A stretch of DNA of 64,000 nucleotides, from positions 32,001-96,000 of the forward strand of contig CAZHRF010000001.1 in NCBI GenBank assembly GCA_964534625.1. The letters run 5' to 3'. This document shows positions 1 through 9,215 of the stretch, piece by piece. The notes beneath the pieces are model-generated. The model was not told the origin of the DNA, searched no databases, and saw only the letters and a list, made by a program, of their open reading frames with translations. Each line of letters begins with the position of its first letter. The first letter of the stretch is position 1. Origin of the DNA: an uncultured archaeon (GTDB lineage: Archaea > Asgardarchaeota > Heimdallarchaeia > Heimdallarchaeales > Heimdallarchaeaceae). The translations under genes and the position numbers were made by a program.

Positions 1-115
1 CTAAAAACGTTTTTTGTATTTTCTTTCCATAAGTAATCTTTTTAAATATCCGTAATTAGACATCACTAAAGTAAAATCTATTATATTAGGATAGATTACA
101 ATAGGTGAATGATGC

Positions 116-2374
116 GTGTCTGGTAGAACTGAAATGTCTGGTATATTCGGTAACTTTTGGGAAAAAGTCGTTGATCATTTTGAAGACTATGAAATTGATA
201 AAGAATTTTTATTACACAAACTTGCTCTAATTTGTATACTAACTGCAGGTATCATTATTCGACTTTTTTCTTTAATCAAGGGTTATGATATTATTATTAA
301 AGCATTTGATCCCTATGTTCAATTTATAAGTGCCAACTATATTGAACGGAATGGTTTTATAGATTTTGTTCATTGGGTAAAAAATGATTCTTGGTATCCT
401 TTTGGGTTCCATATAGGTAGGGAATTGTATTGGGGCGTACCTATTAGTGCTATTGTTCTCCATTGGTTTCTTAATCTTCTTACTTTTAATGTAACAATGC
501 AACAAGTTGCATATTTTATTCCCGTTATTTATGGTGGATTAACAATTATTGCCTCTTATTATTTGGGAAAAGAAACGATCAGTTCGAGAGCTGGACTGTT
601 GACTGCACTATTTATGTCTATACTTCCCTCTTATGCCTCCCGTAGTGTAGCTGGCTTTTTTGATAATGAATATATTGGAATACTTTTTGTTGTATTGTCT
701 TTATACTTCTTTTTGCGTGCCCTAAAAAGAGATGATACCTTATCAGCATTTTTAGCTGGCATATGCTTAGCTGTGCTTATGGGCAGTTGGGGTGCATATA
801 GATATGTGCTTGATTTACTGCCTCTTTGTGTGTTGTTCTTACTTTTATCGAGAAAAGTGACTTATAATCTAATAAAAACTTATACTATTACTAATTTTGT
901 TGCTATAAGTTTGGGATTTATTGTTAAAAGAGTTATTATGAATAAATTCTTTGGTATAGAAGTAATGATACCCATTTTAATGATAGCTTTGTTAATCTTT
1001 GTTGGGATAATACAAAATATATCAAGAAGTTTGCCTGAAAAAACATTCAAACAAGTACTTCTGATAGGGGCAATAAGTTCAATTTTATTACTTAGTATCA
1101 TTGTGGGTGTGTTACTTTCTGTTGGTATATTTGATAACATAGCTGCCAAATTCTGGGCTGTGATTATTCCACGGGGTAGGGTAGATATACCTATTATTAA
1201 TTCAGTGAGTGAGCACCAACCTATGCCTTGGGGTTCACTATTCAGAAACTTCCACATACTAACATTTTTCATGCCGTTAGGGATATATTATTGTTTAAAA
1301 AAGCCAACTGATGTTAATATATTTATTCTAGTTTTTGGTGTTTCTGCTATCTATTTCACTGGATCTATGATACGGTTGGTCTTACTTTTAGCACCCGCTG
1401 CATCATTATTAAGTGCATTAGCTATAGATAGGATACTATACCCTTATTCGTTGAGTGCTCATGGAAAAATAGCTTTAACTCGAAGGAAAGTACGTATTTC
1501 CAAATCAATAGGGCGGGATGAAGCAATGATTGCCTATATTGTGATATCCTTACTCTTGTTGACTTTTGTCTTCCACTGTGTAAAAATCTCTGAAGGTTAT
1601 GCTGCACCGGAGATGGCACCGCCGTCACCATATGGGAATTCTGTACCTATGACTGATTGGCAAGATGCATTAGCTTGGTTAAGAGAAAATGCTCAAGGAC
1701 CTGGTGTTATTCCTAATAGCCCTTCTGTTGTTTTGAGTTGGTGGGATTATGGTTATTGGATAACCAATTATGGTAATGCTACTACTCTAGTAGATAATGC
1801 TACGACAAACAAAACGCAGATTGGTACTGTGGGTACTATGCTTATGTGGAACCTCACCGAATCTATACGGTTAATGTATAGATATAATGTCAAATACGTG
1901 TTGGTCAATAGTCAAGCTGGTGTTACTTGGTTGGGTTCTGATCTAGGAAAATCTGCTTGGTGTATCCGTATTGCAGAAGCCGATGTCCCTCATTATGGGA
2001 TTAAAGAATCTGATTACATTGTAGAAGAAAGTGATGGGAGGCGCATTTATGCGAAACCTTTCTATGAATCAGTTCTATATAGATTATCGGCATATGACAA
2101 AGACACTGGTTTTGCATTTGACGGGCAGTATGGGCCCACAGGCCAAAATGCTCCATCTATATTTGCAAAAGCATCAGATTATCCTGTTAAAGATTTAAAA
2201 GGGCCTGATGGTCATATATACTTTACTGAGGTTTATAGAAGTTACGGATTGGGAACTGACTCCGCAGGTACAGGAAGAGCCTTTCCGGGTGTGCGTATTT
2301 ATGAAGTTATTTATCCTCCAAATATAGCCCAATTAGCAGCTGAACTTGATATGTTATATCCTAAAAATGGATAA
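116..2374 (+). CDS. stt3: Oligosaccharyltransferase catalytic subunit STT3/AglB, eukaryote-like
   Basis: Multi-TM N-terminal region with FDPY, SWYPFG, SRSVAGFFDNE and SVSEHQP; C-terminal WWDYG and TLVDNAT motifs. Confidence 0.97.
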   Translation: MSGRTEMSGIFGNFWEKVVDHFEDYEIDKEFLLHKLALICILTAGIIIRLFSLIKGYDIIIKAFDPYVQFISANYIERNGFIDFVHWVKNDSWYPFGFHIGRELYWGVPISAIVLHWFLNLLTFNVTMQQVAYFIPVIYGGLTIIASYYLGKETISSRAGLLTALFMSILPSYASRSVAGFFDNEYIGILFVVLSLYFFLRALKRDDTLSAFLAGICLAVLMGSWGAYRYVLDLLPLCVLFLLLSRKVTYNLIKTYTITNFVAISLGFIVKRVIMNKFFGIEVMIPILMIALLIFVGIIQNISRSLPEKTFKQVLLIGAISSILLLSIIVGVLLSVGIFDNIAAKFWAVIIPRGRVDIPIINSVSEHQPMPWGSLFRNFHILTFFMPLGIYYCLKKPTDVNIFILVFGVSAIYFTGSMIRLVLLLAPAASLLSALAIDRILYPYSLSAHGKIALTRRKVRISKSIGRDEAMIAYIVISLLLLTFVFHCVKISEGYAAPEMAPPSPYGNSVPMTDWQDALAWLRENAQGPGVIPNSPSVVLSWWDYGYWITNYGNATTLVDNATTNKTQIGTVGTMLMWNLTESIRLMYRYNVKYVLVNSQAGVTWLGSDLGKSAWCIRIAEADVPHYGIKESDYIVEESDGRRIYAKPFYESVLYRLSAYDKDTGFAFDGQYGPTGQNAPSIFAKASDYPVKDLKGPDGHIYFTEVYRSYGLGTDSAGTGRAFPGVRIYEVIYPPNIAQLAAELDMLYPKNG

Positions 2375-2669
2375 ACTCTTTTCTTCTTATTTTTTCTATT
2401 TTTTATTGGAATATTTGAAGAGATGTTTTAGATTATTCTTATTTGTAATATAATCTTGGTACTTTCGCTCCGTTAGTCTTTGTAGTCTTAGTACTATTTG
2501 TTACACTTTTTACATAAAGAATTGAAATTAATCAGAAATATAGAAGATATGTATGTGTTCAGTATAGAACCTCTCTTTCAATTAGTGTTCAAAGATGGGA
2601 CTAATTTTAGTTAAGCTAATAGGTTGCTCTTTAATAGTAAAATTTTAATTGTTTTGATGATGAAATAAA

Positions 2670-3440
2670 TTGAATAATATGACTAATTTTATCCATAAAA
2701 TCATAAATCTATTTAAAACAGAGGAAACAAAATTTAAAACAGAAATGACAGAGAGACTAGAAAAAGAAAAACATATTAATTTAAAGACCGTCAATACAAA
2801 ACTGCCCATAGATAACCGTATTTGTTTATTTCAAGAAATTGTGAAAAAAAGAAGAATTAACGGTGTTTATCTTTCGAAACACTATCATTTCTTTTTAATG
2901 TCTGAAATGGATATTTCAAATATAAAAACAAAATTAAAAAGAGAAGGAAGAATAGAAATAAAAGATTTTTTCCAAAAGTGGAATGTAGACAAGAAAGTAA
3001 TCGCTAGTTTACTAAACCAATTTGAGCGGGGAATTATGGGTAAGAGAGAATATTACGCTATCTCTCACCTAGAGAATAGTTATTATTCAAAACTTAGGAA
3101 CGTTGATGAATATGAACTTGAAAAACTAGAGGACGAAAACAAAGATTTGTCTATGGAACAAATTCATAGCATCATAAATAACCTTATTGAGACAAAAAGA
3201 TTAAAGGGCACTATACAAAGCAATTCAAAATATCTTAGTGGTTCTAAATTCAGAGAGATTATGACCGAATATCTAGAAAAATTAGCAGAAAAATTTATTG
3301 AAATTTCTTTTAGTAAAATTAGCAGAGAACTAGAAATAAAAAAATCAGAAATTGAAACATTTCTGATTGAATATGTAAAAAAGAATCCCAGCAAAATTAC
3401 TATATATCCCTTAGACCAAAAGATTATATTCAAAATATAA
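2670..3440 (+). CDS. Hypothetical protein with probable tandem winged-helix (PCI/UFL1-like) repeats; start may be ATG 2679
   Basis: 256-aa ORF; WH-like segments GRIEIKDFFQKWNV, LIETKRLKGTIQSNSKYLS and EISFSKISRELEI. Confidence 0.55.
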   Translation: MNNMTNFIHKIINLFKTEETKFKTEMTERLEKEKHINLKTVNTKLPIDNRICLFQEIVKKRRINGVYLSKHYHFFLMSEMDISNIKTKLKREGRIEIKDFFQKWNVDKKVIASLLNQFERGIMGKREYYAISHLENSYYSKLRNVDEYELEKLEDENKDLSMEQIHSIINNLIETKRLKGTIQSNSKYLSGSKFREIMTEYLEKLAEKFIEISFSKISRELEIKKSEIETFLIEYVKKNPSKITIYPLDQKIIFKI

Positions 3441-3584
3441 GATAATAGGTACATATCTTTAATAGAATAGATCTCTTTCTATCAAAAACCACTAAAATAA
3501 GATGGGATTTAGAAACGGATTAAAATTAATCTTGAAAAAGTGTTGAGTTTATTTACTAAAGTTGTTTTATTATAACAGATACAA

Positions 3585-4502
3585 ATGGAAAACAAAAAAA
3601 GAATTTCTTCAGGCATCACAGGTTTGGATGCCCTAATGTATGGAGGGCTAGTAAAAAATACAGTTAACTCTATTGTGGGAGGCAGTGGAACAGGGAAAAC
3701 AACATTTTGTTTATCATATATGCTTCAAGGATTACGCGAGGATGATCATATTCTATATCTGTCATTTGAAGAAACACCATCTAAATTGCTTGTTGAAGCA
3801 AAATCATTAGGAATAAACTTGGACAAATATGTATCAGATATAACTAATGTAATACACTTAGTGGAAAGCGAGAAAATTGTTGAATTCATTGTTGATATTT
3901 TACCTAGTTTAACAAAAAAGTTGAAAGACCAATATATCAAACATACAAGGATTATAATAGATCCATTAACACCCGTTTTATGGGAATTTCCTTCAGAAAA
4001 AGATCAGAGAAAAGTATTAACAAAAGCATACCGGTATTTGAGTTCTTTAGGTACAGTCTTACAAACTGTTGAAGAAGCCAACCCTTTCGGACAAGACAAC
4101 ATAGGAACAAGTGAAACTAGGGTCCCCATTTACCTATCAGATAGCGTAATCCAAATTCAGAACTTAGGCTTTGGAGGTAAATATAGTAGAACATGCAAAG
4201 TCATAAAATCAAGACAAACTGCTCATTACGAAGGTATTTACTCAATGAATTTTGCGTATGGATCCGGGATATCGATTGATGTAGAAACTAGAGATAATCA
4301 CATCTCAAATGAAATAAATACGGAATATGAACGGATTTTGACAGTTCTTCAAACTTGGTCCAGAGCTAAGGATCCAAAAAAGAAACTAGTGTCTCAAATT
4401 GCAAATAATCTTTTAGATAAATCAAAGAGAACGGTTACTAATAAGGAAGTCGAGTTAGTCAAAACCTTAACGGATCCAAAAATACTGCAAGAGGTAAAAT
4501 AA
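3585..4502 (+). CDS. KaiC/RAD55-family RecA-fold ATPase (single domain with C-terminal extension)
   Basis: RISSGITGLD, Walker A GGSGTGKT, SFEE, Walker B IIIDP, VIKSRQTAH arginine-finger motif. Confidence 0.92.
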   Translation: MENKKRISSGITGLDALMYGGLVKNTVNSIVGGSGTGKTTFCLSYMLQGLREDDHILYLSFEETPSKLLVEAKSLGINLDKYVSDITNVIHLVESEKIVEFIVDILPSLTKKLKDQYIKHTRIIIDPLTPVLWEFPSEKDQRKVLTKAYRYLSSLGTVLQTVEEANPFGQDNIGTSETRVPIYLSDSVIQIQNLGFGGKYSRTCKVIKSRQTAHYEGIYSMNFAYGSGISIDVETRDNHISNEINTEYERILTVLQTWSRAKDPKKKLVSQIANNLLDKSKRTVTNKEVELVKTLTDPKILQEVK

Positions 4503-4864
4503 TGGATTGCGTTTGTACCATAAAATCTGATTTAATGGATATTGTCAATTTAGAAGATGTCAATGCAGCATTATTATTTAGAATAGATGGCAATGTGATT
4601 AGATCCTGTTTTAAATCAGAGTATGAACAAACACTAGTCCATATTCTTCAATGGTGTAAAGCGAATGTAAAAAAAGTTTCTGGAGAAATGAAAGACAATA
4701 ATCTTGAGAAAGTGACCTATGAGCTAAGTAATGCTTGTATAATTTTTAATCTGGTTAATGATGTCTGTTTACTCACGACAATTGCAAAATCAGATGTTAA
4801 TGATACATTATTATCTATTGAATCAAAAAGGAAATCAATAGACATTGCAAAAAAGATGGGGTGA
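4502..4864 (+). CDS. Roadblock/LC7 (MglB/LAMTOR2-like) domain protein
   Basis: 120 aa; DVNAALLFRIDGNVI beta-hairpin, long helix and LEKVTYE...CLLTTIA strands typical of roadblock; TAATG overlap with the ATPase. Confidence 0.8.
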   Translation: MDCVCTIKSDLMDIVNLEDVNAALLFRIDGNVIRSCFKSEYEQTLVHILQWCKANVKKVSGEMKDNNLEKVTYELSNACIIFNLVNDVCLLTTIAKSDVNDTLLSIESKRKSIDIAKKMG

Positions 4865-6180
4865 TTATCATTCAGATAAGTTCAAATACATTTTCTCATC
4901 GAAGCATGGATAAAATAATAGCAGATATTAAAAAAGAAATAATTGGAGATATAAATGGAAAACCCGATTTTTTATTACTAGCTTTCACAACAGGATATAA
5001 AGTCCAAGAATATAAGAAAGCACTATCAATAATAAAAAATGAGAGTGGGGCTAAAAATATCATTGGAGGGACTTTTCCAGGTGTTACAACATCAAACAGT
5101 AATCCAACGACCCAAGGTGCCTCTATCATGGCGATAAAATCAAATGATATTCACTTTGATGATCTTATTTCTTATTCGAATGTTAGAGTCAAACAGAAAC
5201 ATATTATTGGAGAATTTAATGAATTATACAGAAATAACAACAGAAAATCAAAGGTTGGATTTGCAATTTCAGCTGGACCAACATTAGAAAAAAAGGCTAT
5301 GAAACAAATGAAAGTATTAGATACTTTCTTTGCACAAAAGTTTAAAAGGATATTTAATGCTTTGGGAAAAGTTATTGAAAAAAGCATGGGAAGAAAAGGT
5401 TTTGGAACAAATGGATATATTGATACTATAATATATGAACTGGCAAAAAACAATTTTAACCACTTAATTGGGGGAGCAACAGTAGATTTAAACTTAGATT
5501 CTATTAACTATCAATTTTTCAATCAAGAACTTATGAAAAATGCCTTTGTTGGGACTATTATCTCATCAGATAAATACAGATTTGGGCAAAACTGGACATT
5601 TGACATGTCAAAAAGAACAAATACTTACAGAATCAATGATTATTTAAAATCGGGTTATTTACAAAAAATTAATGATAAAAAAGCCAGTCAAGCATATCTT
5701 GATTTAATTGGAATGGAGAGGGATTTTTATAATGATGTTTTTGAGAGCTATTCTTATACAAATCTATTATATCTGTCTGCTTTTAAGGAAAAAAAGGGTA
5801 ATTATTTACCATTTTTAACAATAAATCATCCTTCTTTAGACGGGATAATTTCTTCAATTACAAAAAATCAATTTAAGAAAAATAATTTTGATGCTAAATT
5901 ATTTACACAATCAGGTAAAGGCATCAAAAAATCTGCTGCAAACTGTGCTTCAAGAGCAAAAGCTGGGCTCAAAACCCTAAAATTAGGTCTATTCATAAAT
6001 TGTTCTAACAGATTACTAATAGCGGGAGATAAAATTTATGAAGAAAATAAAGCGATCAAAGACGTTCTGGGTACCGATGTACCATTTATGACTTTATACA
6101 CAGGTGGAGAATTCGCCATAATAAATGGAAAACCAATTAACTCAACTGTTTCTGTACATGGTTTAATCATTGGTAAATAA
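4861..6180 (+). CDS. FIST N/C sensory domain protein
   Basis: KPDFLLLAFT, IIGGT, LIGGA, C-terminal LFINCSNR...E...FMTLYTGGEF FIST_C signature; GTGA overlap. Confidence 0.85.
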   Translation: MIIIQISSNTFSHRSMDKIIADIKKEIIGDINGKPDFLLLAFTTGYKVQEYKKALSIIKNESGAKNIIGGTFPGVTTSNSNPTTQGASIMAIKSNDIHFDDLISYSNVRVKQKHIIGEFNELYRNNNRKSKVGFAISAGPTLEKKAMKQMKVLDTFFAQKFKRIFNALGKVIEKSMGRKGFGTNGYIDTIIYELAKNNFNHLIGGATVDLNLDSINYQFFNQELMKNAFVGTIISSDKYRFGQNWTFDMSKRTNTYRINDYLKSGYLQKINDKKASQAYLDLIGMERDFYNDVFESYSYTNLLYLSAFKEKKGNYLPFLTINHPSLDGIISSITKNQFKKNNFDAKLFTQSGKGIKKSAANCASRAKAGLKTLKLGLFINCSNRLLIAGDKIYEENKAIKDVLGTDVPFMTLYTGGEFAIINGKPINSTVSVHGLIIGK

Positions 6181-6212
6181 AATTTGTGGAGTTTTAAAAG
6201 AATAATGGAGTA

Positions 6213-6818
6213 ATGAACATGATGATGACACATATCAATTCAAATCAATATGGCAAGGCTGATGTTTTAAAGATTGCATTGCTTGGATTAGGTTCGGTAG
6301 GAAAAACTACGATAACAAAAAGATATACAGGAGATATTACGGACCTAGGAAATATCTCAATGACAAAGGGTGTAGATATTTCAATTAAAAGACTTTTTTA
6401 TAAAAATAAACCTATCGTTATCCAAATTTGGGATTTTGCGGGACAAAAACAATTTAAGTTTATGCTTGATATTTTTTTGAAAGGTGTAAAAGGAATACTT
6501 TATGTCTATGATATAACAGATATTGAAACATTGTTTGATTTGGATGAGTTCGTTCTTTTAGCAAGAAACTTTTTGAAAGATAATGGTCTTCAAAGTATAC
6601 CCGAAGTATTGGTTGGTAACAAAATTGATCTTGGTGAAAGTGAGATAAACATGAACGATATTAACTATTTTCTTGCTGAACATAATATCTCAAAACATTA
6701 CTTAACAAGTGGACTATATGCAACTAGTGTTTCAGAACCTTTCACATACATCATATCAAAAATCCAAAATAAAGAATCAGATAAAAAACTGTTAAGTGTA
6801 TTAAAATCAAGAGATTAA
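6213..6818 (+). CDS. Rab/Ras-superfamily small GTPase
   Basis: G1 GLGSVGKT, G2 TKGVD, G3 WDFAGQ, G4 NKID, deviant G5 TSG; no CaaX tail. Confidence 0.93.
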   Translation: MNMMMTHINSNQYGKADVLKIALLGLGSVGKTTITKRYTGDITDLGNISMTKGVDISIKRLFYKNKPIVIQIWDFAGQKQFKFMLDIFLKGVKGILYVYDITDIETLFDLDEFVLLARNFLKDNGLQSIPEVLVGNKIDLGESEINMNDINYFLAEHNISKHYLTSGLYATSVSEPFTYIISKIQNKESDKKLLSVLKSRD

Positions 6819-6828
6819 GGTAAACAAG

Positions 6829-7137
6829 ATGGAAGATAAATATATAAAGAAAACTTTCACCTGTGATTGTTGTGGTCAAAAATTGCTATTCAAAATTGAG
6901 AAGAATAAGTTAGAGGAAATATCTAGAAGTCAATTAATGAATTTTGTGATCATGCATGCAGATGATCACACGCTCATTCTATCATTAGATGCTAGGGGTG
7001 AAATCCGACGAAAAAAAGTGGCAACTATCGGTGAGGTAGAAAATAACAGTTTAAATCAATCTTATCAAAAAATCAAGGCAATTTCGGAAGCAAAAAATCT
7101 CACTGAAGCCTTTAACATCTGGCTAAAGAACTGCTGA
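6829..7137 (+). CDS. Small putative Zn-binding protein (CxxC...HxxxH)
   Basis: CDCCG ... HADDH ... LDARGEIRR; 10 bp downstream of the GTPase with an AAGGT RBS. Confidence 0.7.
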   Translation: MEDKYIKKTFTCDCCGQKLLFKIEKNKLEEISRSQLMNFVIMHADDHTLILSLDARGEIRRKKVATIGEVENNSLNQSYQKIKAISEAKNLTEAFNIWLKNC

Positions 7138-7166
7138 AATAAAAAAAAATAAAAAATAAAGAAGTA

Positions 7167-8450
7167 TTATTTTGGTGTTAAGTCTATCACTGTTCCAACT
7201 GCAACAGTCTGACCCATATCTCTAACGGCAAATCGACCTAATTGAGGAATTTCTTGGAATTTCTCAATAACCATATCCCTAGTAGGTATGAACTTAACCT
7301 TTGCAGATTCACCATTTTTTAAGAACTGTGGGTTTTTTTCCACTCCGTCTTTACCTCTCTTCTCTAACAACTCTGCAAATCTTACAGCTATTTGTGCCGT
7401 ACCCGCATGGATAACGGGAGTATAGCCTTGTGCTATTACAGAAGGATGGCGAATTACAATTACCTGTGCAGTAAAATCTTTGACTACTGTTGGTGGATTA
7501 GAAGCTGGTCCAACAACATCACCACGGCGAACATCTTTCTTTGATAAACCTTTGCAGCTAAAACCTACATTGTCACCAGGCATGGCTTCTTGTATGGTTT
7601 CGTGGTGCATCTCTATAGACATTACAGCAGCTTCTTTTCCAGTAGGTTGGAAAACCACACGATCTTTTGGTTTTAAAACTCCAGTTTCAACACGGCCGAC
7701 AGGAACAGTTCCAATACCAGTAATTGTATAAACATCTTGTATAGGTAATCTGAGTGGTTTATCAATTGGTTTTTCTGGAACTTCAAAGTCATCTAAAGCA
7801 TCTATTAATGTTGGACCATCATACCATGGTGTGTTTTCGGATTTTTCTCTAAGATTATCGCCTTTCATACCACTTACAGGAATGAATTTTACATTATCGA
7901 TTTTATAACCGAATTTCTGTAGTTCTCGTGACATCTCGCTTTTAATTTCATCATAACGTTCTTGCTTGTAGTTTGCAAGATCCATTTTATTGACTGCAAC
8001 AATTATCTGGCTTACACCTAATGTTTTTGCTAACAATGCGTGCTCTCTTGTTTGTCCCGTTGCACTAATACCAGCTTCAAACTCACCAGTACCGGCACTA
8101 ACAACAAGTATAGCCGCATCAGCTTGAGATGTACCCGTAATCATGTTTTTTACGAAATCACGATGTCCTGGAGCATCAATTATAGTGAAATAATACTTTC
8201 GAGTAGAGAATTTATAGAAAGCCAAATCGATGGTAACGCCTCTTTCTCGTTCTTCTTTAAGCTTGTCTAAAACCCAAGCAAATTTGAAGCTACCTCGACC
8301 GATCAATTCTGCTTCTTTCTCAAACTTTTGGATCTCACGATCACTAATGCTTCCACATAGATAGAGTAAATGTCCTGTCATAGTGGACTTACCATGATCT
8401 ACATGACCAATAATTACTAAATTCAAATGATCTAAGTTTTTTGAGCTCAT
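7167..8450 (-). CDS. tuf: Translation elongation factor EF-1alpha
   Basis: [46 protein letters not shown]. Confidence 0.99.
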   Translation of the reverse strand: MSSKNLDHLNLVIIGHVDHGKSTMTGHLLYLCGSISDREIQKFEKEAELIGRGSFKFAWVLDKLKEERERGVTIDLAFYKFSTRKYYFTIIDAPGHRDFVKNMITGTSQADAAILVVSAGTGEFEAGISATGQTREHALLAKTLGVSQIIVAVNKMDLANYKQERYDEIKSEMSRELQKFGYKIDNVKFIPVSGMKGDNLREKSENTPWYDGPTLIDALDDFEVPEKPIDKPLRLPIQDVYTITGIGTVPVGRVETGVLKPKDRVVFQPTGKEAAVMSIEMHHETIQEAMPGDNVGFSCKGLSKKDVRRGDVVGPASNPPTVVKDFTAQVIVIRHPSVIAQGYTPVIHAGTAQIAVRFAELLEKRGKDGVEKNPQFLKNGESAKVKFIPTRDMVIEKFQEIPQLGRFAVRDMGQTVAVGTVIDLTPK

Positions 8451-8734
8451 TTTTTATACACCTTTTCGACATCTTGGACATACGATAGCTCAAGTTGTAC
8501 TTGAATGGTACCGCTATTTTTATTTTTAAAAGCATTTTGGTTTTGTTGTTTTTTATTATAAATGATGTCGTAAAATTGGGCTAAGGGGAGGAAAGGGCGT
8601 TAAACCAAGTCAGAGCGAGATAACGAGAATCTTCACATGACGAGAAGGAAAAACAAGAGCCAAGATGAGGGGAGAAGGCGATGATCACGTGGAACTTGTG
8701 AGTTATAGGTTGGTGGTTACAGCGAAACAAGAAC

Positions 8735-8962
8735 CTATTTGTTTATATACAACTTGAAATTATACCAAATGAAAGGAGCAAGAAGCGTTTTAATACGGTT
8801 AGACGGTTCTCTATCAAACATACGTACATCTTCTAGTTTAAAAAGTCCAAACACATGTTTAACCGCTGCACGTAATTCAGGATGATTAAGGATATACAAA
8901 CCAATATGGTGGTGAAACGCCCGCAAAATAAGATCTTGGGAAGAAGCGGTTCCATAGTGATA
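8735..8962 (-). pseudogene. C-terminal relic of a DDE transposase (IS4/IS5/IS982-like superfamily)
   Basis: The frame reads ...LRAAVKHVFGLFKLEDVRM..., matching the R-x3-E-x2-F-x3-K motif with E>K (GAA>AAA). It has an upstream in-frame stop, locally higher GC, and sits next to a MITE. Confidence 0.5.
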
Positions 8963-8978
8963 CTAACTTGTTTATTTA

Positions 8979-9167
8979 AGTTCCTTTACAAAAGTTTTCA
9001 TACTCAATTATGTAAAATATTTCCTAGATAGTCTCTGTGGAACAAGAAGAATTCAATGAGGACACTTGTAAGTTAATTCTGTGTTTTATGTGATCAATAA
9101 CATCCTCTTGTTTGTTAATGACTAAAAACTCATAATCAAGGGATAACGAAATTTTTGTGAAGGAACT
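8979..9167. mobile_element. MITE (189 bp, non-autonomous)
   Basis: TIRs AGTTCCTTTACAAAA (8979-8993) and TTTTGTGAAGGAACT (9153-9167), 14/15 complementary; exact 8-bp TSD TTTATTTA at 8971-8978 and 9168-9175; no ORF inside. Confidence 0.85.
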
Positions 9168-9215
9168 TTTATTTATTTCTTCGAACAATTTTTGTTGTCA
9201 TGTTAATTTAGTGAC

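Noticed and set aside
8570-8735. Possible RNase P or SRP RNA (GAGGAAAG, higher GC)
   Set aside because: Lacks GAGGAAAGTCC and the 3' P4 strand, lacks the SRP helix 8 motif, and is too purine-skewed to fold; better explained as IS remnant
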